The notes beneath the pieces are model-generated. The model did no database searches. It was not told the DNA's origin and saw only the letters and a list, made by a program, of their open reading frames with translations. Below, piece after piece: positions 34,297 to 42,004 of a DNA stretch of 64,000 nt (position 1 is its first letter; every line of letters starts with the position of its first letter). The position numbers and the translations under genes were made by a program. Source of the DNA: Vicinamibacterales bacterium (GTDB lineage Bacteria > Acidobacteriota > Vicinamibacteria > Vicinamibacterales > UBA2999); contig DASTBV010000055.1 in assembly GCA_035711805.1 (NCBI GenBank), positions 380 through 64,379 of the forward strand, in the 5' to 3' direction.

Positions 34297-35229
34297 CTAG
34301 AGAATTCTTTTGCCGAGCGCCGACAGTGCGAGCTCGGTGGCGAACTCCGCCGTCGCATTCCGATTGTCCAGCGTTGGGTTCACTTCCACCAGATCGAGCG
34401 CGACGAGCTGATTCGAGTCGGCCACCAGTTCCATGATCACGTGCGATTCGCGGTAATCGAGGCCGCCGCGCACCGGGGTTCCGACGCCCGGCGCAATCGT
34501 CGGGTCGCAGACATCCAGGTCGAATGAGACGTGAATGCCTCCCGTCCCGGAGGAGGCCAGCGTCAGCGCGCGTTCGGCGATCGCGGCCGCGCCGTCGCGA
34601 TCGATGTCCTTCATCGTGAAGACATGAACGCCCGATGCGCGAATCTGCTCTTTCTCCTCGTCGTCGAGATTGCGAATGCCGACCAGCACGGTGTGTTCGG
34701 GCCGTACGCTTGGCGACGCGCCGATCGACGCCAGCTCCTGAGGCTCCTGTCCGAGCAGCGCGGCGAGCGGCATTCCGTGCACGTTGCCGCTGGTCGTGGT
34801 TTCCGGCGTGTTCATGTCGCCGTGCGCGTCCACCCAGATCAGGCCGAGCGGCTTGCCGTTAATCCGGCGGATGTAGTCGGCGCTCGCCGCGACCGACCCG
34901 GCCGCGATGCTGTGGTCGCCGCCGAGCACCAGCGGGAGGGCGCCCGCCTCGAGCGACGCCGAGCAGCTGGCATACAGCGATCGGCACACCTCCGCGATTG
35001 GCTCGATGTATTTCTTCCGCCGGTCGAGCGCGTCCTCGGTTTCGGCGATTGGCGCGGGCAGATTGCCTTTGTCGATCGCCTGGCGGCCGAGCCGCGCGAT
35101 CGCTTCGCCGAGACCCGCGATGCGGACCGCCGACGGACCCATGTCCACCCCGCGGCGCGCGCCACCGAGATCGAGGGGGACTCCAATGATGTGTATGGGT
35201 TTCAAAGTGCGCCGTAATTGGAAATGCAA
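34297..35229 (-). CDS. rocF: arginase
   Basis: Motifs GGDHSIA, WVDAHGDMNTP and SFDLDVCDP. An internal TTG at 35205 would give the typical MKPIHIIGVP N-terminus. Confidence 0.9.
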   Translation of the reverse strand: MHFQLRRTLKPIHIIGVPLDLGGARRGVDMGPSAVRIAGLGEAIARLGRQAIDKGNLPAPIAETEDALDRRKKYIEPIAEVCRSLYASCSASLEAGALPLVLGGDHSIAAGSVAASADYIRRINGKPLGLIWVDAHGDMNTPETTTSGNVHGMPLAALLGQEPQELASIGASPSVRPEHTVLVGIRNLDDEEKEQIRASGVHVFTMKDIDRDGAAAIAERALTLASSGTGGIHVSFDLDVCDPTIAPGVGTPVRGGLDYRESHVIMELVADSNQLVALDLVEVNPTLDNRNATAEFATELALSALGKRIL

Positions 35230-35308
35230 AATTCAAAATTCAAAATGCAAAATGCAAACTGAAGCTGCGGCCATTTTGCATTTTGCATCTTGCATTCTGC
35301 ATTCTGCA
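35230..35308. repeat. heptamer hairpin (AAATGCA / TGCATTY)
   Basis: AAAATGCAAAATGCAAA pairs with TTTTGCATTTTGCAT, followed by CTTGCATTCTGCATTCTGCATT. Confidence 0.8.
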
Positions 35309-35941
35309 TTACTTGATCCTGTACGACACCGACATCCCCTCGCCGGACGGCGAGACGATTGTCGTGAAGAGCGACGAATGTCCCTGGACCGTCCGCAGGA
35401 ACGGTTCCATGTCCTTCTTCTTGTTCACGACGTTGTGCGCCGTGAAGACGCCGCCCGGCGTGAGGCGCGGGAACACCATGTCGAAGAATTTCTTGTAGTC
35501 CGGCTTCCAGGCGTCGAGGAAGACGAAGTCGAAGGTTCCCGTCAGCTTCGGAATTTCCTTGAACGCGTCGCCATGCACCACGCGCACGACGTCGTCCAGG
35601 CCCGCCCGCCTGATGTTCGCGGCCGCCTCCATGGCGCGGGCCGCGTCGTATTCGATCGCCACCACGCGGCCGCCGGATTCGCGCGCGCCAAGGCCGAGCC
35701 AGATACCGCTGTAGCCGCTGGCCGCGCCTATTTCGAGGATCGACTTCGCGCCGCGCGTGGCGACGAGCACGCGAAGAAACCGCCCGTCCTCCTCGGACAC
35801 GGCGAGCTGTCCTTTGTCGGCGGCCTTGATGCTGCGCAGGATCGATTCGATCTGCGGAGTCAGTGCGCCCGAGGGACGCTGCCCTGTGGCGGCGTCGGAC
35901 GTGAGAAGGAGAGCGGCGATCAGCACGGCCACGAAGCGCAT
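35309..35941 (-). CDS. class I SAM-dependent O-methyltransferase (family 3-like) with signal peptide
   Basis: Motifs ILEIGAASGYSGIW and FDFVFLDAWKPDY. Confidence 0.8.
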   Translation of the reverse strand: MRFVAVLIAALLLTSDAATGQRPSGALTPQIESILRSIKAADKGQLAVSEEDGRFLRVLVATRGAKSILEIGAASGYSGIWLGLGARESGGRVVAIEYDAARAMEAAANIRRAGLDDVVRVVHGDAFKEIPKLTGTFDFVFLDAWKPDYKKFFDMVFPRLTPGGVFTAHNVVNKKKDMEPFLRTVQGHSSLFTTIVSPSGEGMSVSYRIK

Positions 35942-35990
35942 GCGGCGATTCTATGTCACTGGAGACTTGCGATCTGCGCGCTCTTCGGGG

Positions 35991-37391
35991 TTAAAGTTTC
36001 GCGGCCGCGCCAGCAACATACGCAGCGGCCTTGGCCGCCGTCTCGCGCCCGTCGGCGATGCAATCGGGAATACCGATGGCGCGGAACCCGCTGCCGGTGA
36101 TGAAGACGCCGGGAATCGCGGCCAGCAGGCGCTCGATTGTCGCCACGCGCTGGAGGTGGCCAACTTCGTACTGCGGGCTCTGCTTCGTCCACCGGAACAG
36201 CCGTGTGAAGAGCGGCGCTCCCTTGATGTCGAGCAGATGCGTCAACTCGTCGACCACCGTACTGACCAGCTCCTCATCCCCCGCATCCAGCCGCCGTGGA
36301 TCGCGGCCGCCGCCGAGGAACCCGCGCAGCAGCACGTGGCCGTCCGGCGCGCGATGCGGCCACTTCGAGGTGACCCAGGTCGCCGCCAGCAGCGGACTGC
36401 GCTCGACGCGCGGCACCACGAAGCCGCTCCCTTCCATCGGGTGCGCGAGCTGACCACGTTCATATCCGAGCGCGACCGTGGCGGTCGAGGCGTAGGGAAT
36501 CGCTTCCGCGAGCGCGGCGATGGTCGTGTCGAATGTCCGCAGCAGCGACGCGGCGACATACGCCGGAACGGCAAGGATGATCGCGCGCGCCTCGATGGGC
36601 CCTGCGGGCGTTTCGGCGCGATAGCTCGCATGGCGGTGAAGTTCGAGCACGCGGGTCGACGTGCGGACCGTGCCCGCGACAAGCGCCTCCACCAGGGCCT
36701 CCACCAGTTCGCCCGTGCCGCCAGGAAACGACACGAACGCGCCCTGTGGCGACGGCCGCGCACGCATCGCCCGAAAGGCCCGCAAGACGCTGCCGGACTG
36801 CCGCTCGGCTTCGAGCAGCCGCGGGAAGAGCGCCTGCAGCGAGAGGCGATCGACGTCTCCGGCGTGGATACCGGCCAGGAGCGGCTCAGCGAGGTAATCC
36901 ACGGCCTCCTGACCGAACCTCCGCCGGACGAACGTCCCGATCGACTCGTCTTCATCGCCGCCGTGGCGCGGCATGAACAGCTCGCACGCCATCCTGAAGC
37001 GCCCGCCGAGGCTGAAAACCGAGGAACGTGCCAGCGACCGGGCGTCCAGCGGAAAGCCGAGGAACGACCCTTCGGCAATCCGGTGAAGCCGATCGTCGCG
37101 AAGGATGTACGCGGTGCGTGGCGGCAGCGTCGAGACCAGTCGATCGGCAATGCCGAGTTCCCGGCAGAGCGCTACCGCTGCCGGCTTCTGCACGAGAATC
37201 GCATCCGGCCCACCGTCCACGACCCAGCCGTCGAACCGCTCGGTCGAGATCACGCCGCCGGCTCGCGGACCGGACTCGAGAACGCGCACATTGAGGCCAC
37301 GGCGCTGCAATTCGTAAGCGGCCGCAAGGCCACTGATGCCACCACCGACGATGGCTACGTCGAGGACGCTGGAACCAGGAACATCGCTCAA
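35991..37391 (-). CDS. hemY: protoporphyrinogen/coproporphyrinogen oxidase (FAD)
   Basis: Motif VAIVGGGISGLAAAYEL. Length 466 aa. Lies next to hemE. Confidence 0.85.
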   Translation of the reverse strand: MSDVPGSSVLDVAIVGGGISGLAAAYELQRRGLNVRVLESGPRAGGVISTERFDGWVVDGGPDAILVQKPAAVALCRELGIADRLVSTLPPRTAYILRDDRLHRIAEGSFLGFPLDARSLARSSVFSLGGRFRMACELFMPRHGGDEDESIGTFVRRRFGQEAVDYLAEPLLAGIHAGDVDRLSLQALFPRLLEAERQSGSVLRAFRAMRARPSPQGAFVSFPGGTGELVEALVEALVAGTVRTSTRVLELHRHASYRAETPAGPIEARAIILAVPAYVAASLLRTFDTTIAALAEAIPYASTATVALGYERGQLAHPMEGSGFVVPRVERSPLLAATWVTSKWPHRAPDGHVLLRGFLGGGRDPRRLDAGDEELVSTVVDELTHLLDIKGAPLFTRLFRWTKQSPQYEVGHLQRVATIERLLAAIPGVFITGSGFRAIGIPDCIADGRETAAKAAAYVAGAAAKL

Positions 37392-37465
37392 TGCAGAACC
37401 CGGAGCCGAACTCGAACACGAACACGAACCGAGAAGCGGGCACTCGGACGCGTGAACGGTCGCAT
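37392..37465. repeat. intra-operon repeat sharing about 48 nt with 57402-57450
   Basis: CGAACACGAACACGAACC...GGACGCGTGAACGGT; see the corresponding finding. Confidence 0.75.
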
Positions 37466-38500
37466 TTACCTTATCCGTCTTCCAGCCGAGTGCACGTACT
37501 GGGCGAGCATCTGAACATGTTCAACCGGAGTGGACGGCAGGATTCCGTGGCCCAGATTGAAGATGTGTCCCGTCTTTCCGGCAGCACGGCGAAGCACCTC
37601 GTCTGTCTGCTCGAACATCCGTGACGTCGGGCCCAGCAGCAGGGTGGGATCGAGATTGCCCTGGACGGCGCGGTCGCTGCCGATGCGATCCCACGCCTGG
37701 TCCAGCGGGATGCGCCAGTCCACGCCGATCACGTCGCCGCCTGCCTCGCGCAGTTCCTCGAGGATCGTGGACGTGCCGGTGCCGAAATGGATGGTCGGCA
37801 CGCGTGTGCCGATCGTCTGGAAGATTCGCTGCGTGTGGGGGAAGGCGAACTCGCGATAGTCGGCGGCGTTCAACGTGCCGACCCACGAGTCGAACAGCTG
37901 CACGGCGTCGACTCCGGCCTCGATCTGTGCGGTCAGGTAGGTCGAGACGACCGTCGCGAACTTTTCGCACAGCCGATGCCACGCGTCCGGATGACCGTAC
38001 ATCAACGCCTTGGTCCGCGCGAAGTTGTTCGAGTGCCCGCCTTCAATCGCATAGGAGGCGAGCGTGAACGGCGCCCCGGCAAAGCCGATCAGCGGCACCG
38101 CGCCGGCAAGCTCCTGCTGGATCTGACCGATGGCGGTGAGCACGTGCGCAAGCGCCTCGCGCGGTTCGAAGAGGCGCAGCCGTTCGATATCCTCCGGACC
38201 GCCGATCGGCTGCTCGATCTGCGGTCCTTCACCCTTGACGAAGTCGAAGGGCAGGCCCATCGGCTCGAGCGGAAGCAGCAGATCCGAAAAGAGGATGGCG
38301 GCATCGACGTCGATCCGCCGGACGGGCTGCAGCGTGACTTCGGTTGCGAGGTCGGGCTGGCGGCAGATCTCGAGCAGGGAGTGCCGTTCGCGCAGCGCCC
38401 GGTACTCCGCCATGTAGCGCCCCGCCTGGCGCATGAACCACACCGGTGTCGTGTCTACCGGCTCGCGCCTGCAGGCCTTCAGGAACCTCGAGTTCGTCAC
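37466..38500 (-). CDS. hemE: uroporphyrinogen decarboxylase
   Basis: Motif PVWFMRQAGRYMAEYR. Length 344 aa. Confidence 0.92.
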   Translation of the reverse strand: MTNSRFLKACRREPVDTTPVWFMRQAGRYMAEYRALRERHSLLEICRQPDLATEVTLQPVRRIDVDAAILFSDLLLPLEPMGLPFDFVKGEGPQIEQPIGGPEDIERLRLFEPREALAHVLTAIGQIQQELAGAVPLIGFAGAPFTLASYAIEGGHSNNFARTKALMYGHPDAWHRLCEKFATVVSTYLTAQIEAGVDAVQLFDSWVGTLNAADYREFAFPHTQRIFQTIGTRVPTIHFGTGTSTILEELREAGGDVIGVDWRIPLDQAWDRIGSDRAVQGNLDPTLLLGPTSRMFEQTDEVLRRAAGKTGHIFNLGHGILPSTPVEHVQMLAQYVHSAGRRIR

Positions 38501-38902
38501 TTAGGGTTTGACTGGGACACGGAGGAGCTCGCGGGCGAGCGTGACGAGCTCCTCGATCCAGATCGGCTTGAAGCGCAGTTCCGCCCCCAACGCCCTGATT
38601 TCGTCGCGGACCTCGTCATCGAGCCCATAGTCGCCGGTCACGATGGCGACCGGGGTGGTGGCCAGGCCCTCAATCGCCCGAATCGCGCGAAGGAACTGCA
38701 GACCGCTCGTCAACGGCATCCGCAGGTCGAGCACGACGGCGTGTGGCTGGTGAGTCTGGGCAAGGGTCAACCCTTCCTCCGCGGACAGCCCGGCCCACAC
38801 TTCGTACCCTTCCAGACGAAGCGTTCGCGAAAACGAATCCGCCGTCGCCCCGTCGTCGTCGACAATCAGGACGCGCGGCGCCGTCGAGCTGTCGCCAAGC
38901 AC
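38501..38902 (-). CDS. single-domain response regulator directly abutting hemE
   Basis: Receiver residues in LIVDDD, VVLDLRMP, AIVTG and RFKP. Its stop codon is immediately adjacent to the hemE ATG. Confidence 0.8.
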   Translation of the reverse strand: MLGDSSTAPRVLIVDDDGATADSFSRTLRLEGYEVWAGLSAEEGLTLAQTHQPHAVVLDLRMPLTSGLQFLRAIRAIEGLATTPVAIVTGDYGLDDEVRDEIRALGAELRFKPIWIEELVTLARELLRVPVKP

Positions 38903-39056
38903 CTGGCCATTCTGACATTAACGCGCCGGTTTGGTTTCCCAGCCCGTCAGGGTTTGCTGGAAAAGTGCTATATTCACCCGTCTTCGCCAGCTTTCTGGCC
39001 CGTTTTCAGCCGCCAGAGGGTCTGGGTACCGTTATGTACACTCGCCGGAGGTTGTA

Positions 39057-39704
39057 TTGAGCCCGATTCTCGTGCGGCCGGTCCGCGAGCAGCTCGAGCA
39101 CGATCGCGTCATCCGGCTGCTACAGGCGAAATACAAGAGGAAGTTCGAGACGGCAATCAACCCCGGCCACGAACAGAACGCCCCGGTAGGCGACCCGCCT
39201 CCCTGGTTTCCCGACCTCGTCCTGCAGTCTTCGGAAAAGACCCGCCGGCTGCTCGGCGTCGTCGAGGTCGAAACGACCGAATCGATCAACCACCTCGAGG
39301 CGATGTCGCAGTGGGGCGCGTTCTCGCGCCTCCGCGTCCCGTTCCACCTGTACGTTCCCGCGGGGTCGGTCGACACCGCGCGGCGGTTGTTCACGGACCT
39401 GCAGATTCCGGTCTCCGAGCTGTGGAGCTACAGCTCGTTCGGCGATCAGATCCGCTTTACGCTGGTGCAGCGGCAGGGCCCGGAGCCGAAAGTTCCGGCG
39501 AGGCCGGCGAAAGCTGCGGCTGTCCCTCGTACCCGCAGCGCTGCGCCGCCAGCGGCGAGGAGCGCGCGGCGGCCGGCGGCGGCTGCGCCCGCGCGGCGGA
39601 AACCAGCCGCCACCGCCAAGGCGAAGGCAGCCCCCGCACGGCGCGGGACCGCCAAGGCTGCAAAACCCGCGGCTCGTTCCACCAGAACACAGAAGCGCCG
39701 GTAG
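39057..39704 (+). CDS. hypothetical protein: restriction-endonuclease-like N-domain plus Ala/Lys/Arg/Pro-rich histone-H1-like tail
   Basis: TTG at 39057 follows GGAGG. Motif FPDLVL...GVVEVETTES. Tail PARPAKAAAVPRTRSAAPPAARSARRPAAAAPARRKPAATAKAKAAPARRGTAKAAKPAARS. Confidence 0.6.
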   Translation: MSPILVRPVREQLEHDRVIRLLQAKYKRKFETAINPGHEQNAPVGDPPPWFPDLVLQSSEKTRRLLGVVEVETTESINHLEAMSQWGAFSRLRVPFHLYVPAGSVDTARRLFTDLQIPVSELWSYSSFGDQIRFTLVQRQGPEPKVPARPAKAAAVPRTRSAAPPAARSARRPAAAAPARRKPAATAKAKAAPARRGTAKAAKPAARSTRTQKRR

Positions 39705-39710
39705 GCCGCC

Positions 39711-40391
39711 GTGCCTTTCCTGCGCGTGATTCGCGACAAGCGTGGGTACGAGACCACGTACCTCATGCACTGGTTCCGCGACGGGAACCGGCAGCGGACG
39801 CGCATCCTCTATGCGTTTCGCACCCCGGGCGGCGTTCGCGTTGGTCGGGATCCGCTGGAGCCGGCCGTGCTGCGGGAAATCGAAGCACAACATCCTGACA
39901 TCGCGTTCGAATGGAAGGTGATCCGGGACAATCAGCAGATCATCGAGCCAGCGATCGAGCAGCGCCGCCGGCGGCCGAAGGCGAGCGATGGCGCGGCCGC
40001 TGCGGCGCCTGCCGTTTCGCCGGCGCGGGCTGCGCCCGCCGGTGCACCGGACCCGGCGCGTGAGACTGCCGACCGTCCGAAGCCTGTGCCCTCGACGATT
40101 GCCGGAGCAACGCCGGACGAACAGGTCGCGTTCCTGACCGAGTGGTACGGCGCCATCCGCGAGCGCATCGACAAGCGGATCAGCGATCCGGCGCGTCGCG
40201 TCACCCTGCACGCGCTGGCCGAACGCCTGAACCCCGCCGCGTGGACCGACGCCGATCAGATCACCGCCGGGCTGCAGCAGGCCGGCGAGGCGCTCGAACG
40301 GCTGGCGCGCGTATTCGCCCGTCGCCGCCGGCGCGGCCGCCGGCGGGCCGTGGAACAACAACCACCACCCCCTACGTCTGAAGCTTCCTGA
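39711..40391 (+). CDS. hypothetical protein
   Basis: GTG start 6 nt after the upstream stop. Structured N-terminus (FLRVIRDKRGYETTYLMHWF), low-complexity middle, Arg-rich C-terminus. Confidence 0.55.
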   Translation: MPFLRVIRDKRGYETTYLMHWFRDGNRQRTRILYAFRTPGGVRVGRDPLEPAVLREIEAQHPDIAFEWKVIRDNQQIIEPAIEQRRRRPKASDGAAAAAPAVSPARAAPAGAPDPARETADRPKPVPSTIAGATPDEQVAFLTEWYGAIRERIDKRISDPARRVTLHALAERLNPAAWTDADQITAGLQQAGEALERLARVFARRRRRGRRRAVEQQPPPPTSEAS

Positions 40392-41008
40392 TGGAGTGGA
40401 TTGCGCCCCTGGTGCGGCAACTTGCAGATCTTGGCAGCTGGGGACCGGTCCTGTTCATCCTTCTCTACGTCGTTGCGGCGATTACGCTCGCCCCGGCGTT
40501 TGTCCTGACGTTTTCCGCCGGCGCGGTCTTCGGCCTCTGGCGCGGGACGCTCCTGACCTTCATCGGCGCCTCGCTCGGAGCGTCGGCCGTGTACGCGGTG
40601 GCCGGGCCGCTGGGCCGGTCCCGCGTGTTGCGCTGGATCGATCGCGACCCGCGCGTGGCGGCGACGCGCCGCGCGGTCGTCCGGGAGAACGCGGCATGGA
40701 TCATGTTCCTGCTGCGCCTGTCGCCGCTGGTGCCATACAACCTCCTGAACTATGCGCTATCGCTGAGCGGCGTCAGCTTTCGCCAGTATCTCGTTGCGTT
40801 GACAGGTATGTTCCCGGCCATCGTCATGTACGCCTATTACGGGAAGGTTGCCGGCGATGTGACGCGCATCGCGGCCGGCGTTTCACCACCCCGCGGAACG
40901 GAGTACTACGCGATGATGGTCGTGGGGTTGATGGCGACCTTCGCCGCCACGCATCTGATCGGACGCGCCGCGAAGAAAGCGATGGCTCAAGAGGGCGGTG
41001 TCACGTAG
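40391..41008 (+). CDS. TVP38/TMEM64 (DedA-related) membrane protein
   Basis: Motif LRLSPLVPYNLLNYALSLSGVSF. TGATG overlap with the upstream gene. Confidence 0.8.
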   Translation: MEWIAPLVRQLADLGSWGPVLFILLYVVAAITLAPAFVLTFSAGAVFGLWRGTLLTFIGASLGASAVYAVAGPLGRSRVLRWIDRDPRVAATRRAVVRENAAWIMFLLRLSPLVPYNLLNYALSLSGVSFRQYLVALTGMFPAIVMYAYYGKVAGDVTRIAAGVSPPRGTEYYAMMVVGLMATFAATHLIGRAAKKAMAQEGGVT

Positions 41009-41038
41009 CTTCCGCCTTCAGGCGGACGGAGCAGGCAT

Positions 41039-41518
41039 ATGAAATACGCCATTCGAGTGCTGCTGGTTGTTCTCTCGGCCGTCTCGCTGGGTGCACAGGG
41101 CGCAGGCGAACTGCGGACGACGCCGTCCGAGGTGAAATGGCCGGCTCCCGCTGCCGGCGGTGCCGGCACGTCAGGCGTCTCGGGAACGCAGACCGTGATT
41201 CTGAAGGGCGATCCGGCGAAGCCCGGACTCTACACCATGCTCCTTCGCGTCGGCCCGAACACGAAGATCGACGCGCACGCGCATCCCGACGATCGCGTCG
41301 CGACCGTCATCTCGGGCACGTGGTACTTCGGTTACGGACCGAAGTTCGACGAACAGGCACTGAAGATGCTGCCAGCGGGCAGCGTCTATACGGAACCGCC
41401 GAACGCGAATCATTTCGCCATGACGCGCACCGAAGGGGTGACGATCCAGATCACCGGGACCGGGCCGTCCGGGACCACCTACGTCGATCCGGCAAACGAT
41501 CCGGCGCGGAAGAAGTAG
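41039..41518 (+). CDS. secreted cupin-domain protein
   Basis: Signal peptide. Motifs KIDAHAHPDDRVATVISGTWYFGYG and NANHFAMT. Confidence 0.7.
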   Translation: MKYAIRVLLVVLSAVSLGAQGAGELRTTPSEVKWPAPAAGGAGTSGVSGTQTVILKGDPAKPGLYTMLLRVGPNTKIDAHAHPDDRVATVISGTWYFGYGPKFDEQALKMLPAGSVYTEPPNANHFAMTRTEGVTIQITGTGPSGTTYVDPANDPARKK

Positions 41519-41529
41519 CGTCGGCGTGA

Positions 41530-41640
41530 TTATCTGCTTCGTTGTTTCCGCTCCTGCCGGCGGCCCAGGATGTCGACGACAAAGAGGATCACACTGAAAG
41601 CAGCCAGCCAGCCGAAGATGATAAGCAGGTTGGTTTCCAT
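41530..41640 (-). CDS. possible 36-aa membrane peptide
   Basis: METNLLIIFGWLAAFSVILFVVDILGRRQERKQRSR. Its ATG overlaps the stop of the upstream small ORF (ATGA). Confidence 0.3.
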   Translation of the reverse strand: METNLLIIFGWLAAFSVILFVVDILGRRQERKQRSR

Positions 41641-41831
41641 CAGACGGGCTCGGCGAAATGAAGTGCAACGGCCATAATCAAAGTCCGAAGGGCCATTCCG
41701 GGAATCAGAAGAGCAATCGAAAAACTCGCCGCCAGGAACTGCGCGAACACCAGCGCTCCGGGCGCGAGGTTTGCTGTGTCCGGGAGCTTGTCGGCAAGCA
41801 TCTCCCGCCGCGTCCGTTTCAATCGTAGCAT
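41640..41831 (-). CDS. possible 63-aa membrane protein
   Basis: MLRLKRTRREMLADKLPDTANLAPGALVFAQFLAASFSIALLIPGMALRTLIMAVALHF. Locally lower G+C. Confidence 0.3.
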   Translation of the reverse strand: MLRLKRTRREMLADKLPDTANLAPGALVFAQFLAASFSIALLIPGMALRTLIMAVALHFAEPV

Positions 41832-42004
41832 CGTCGCTTCGATGGCATGCGCATGTCGTGCCGCTGCGAATCCCGGCACGAATCAGCGTCCACGGCCCAC
41901 GCACCGCGCATTGTCTGCGCGTCGCTCGTGGCGGTCGTTGTGTGATTGCTGCGTACCGGTGAGTTGTGTCGAGCGCATATAATTCGCGCGGCCTTTCCCC
42001 AGAC

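Noticed and set aside
37787-39898. 703-aa plus-strand ORF
   Set aside because: It runs antisense through hemE and the receiver gene and out of frame through 39057..39704. It has no motifs.
39120-40361. 413-aa minus-strand ORF
   Set aside because: It is antisense to two coupled plus-strand genes that have plausible starts, and it has shadow-ORF composition.
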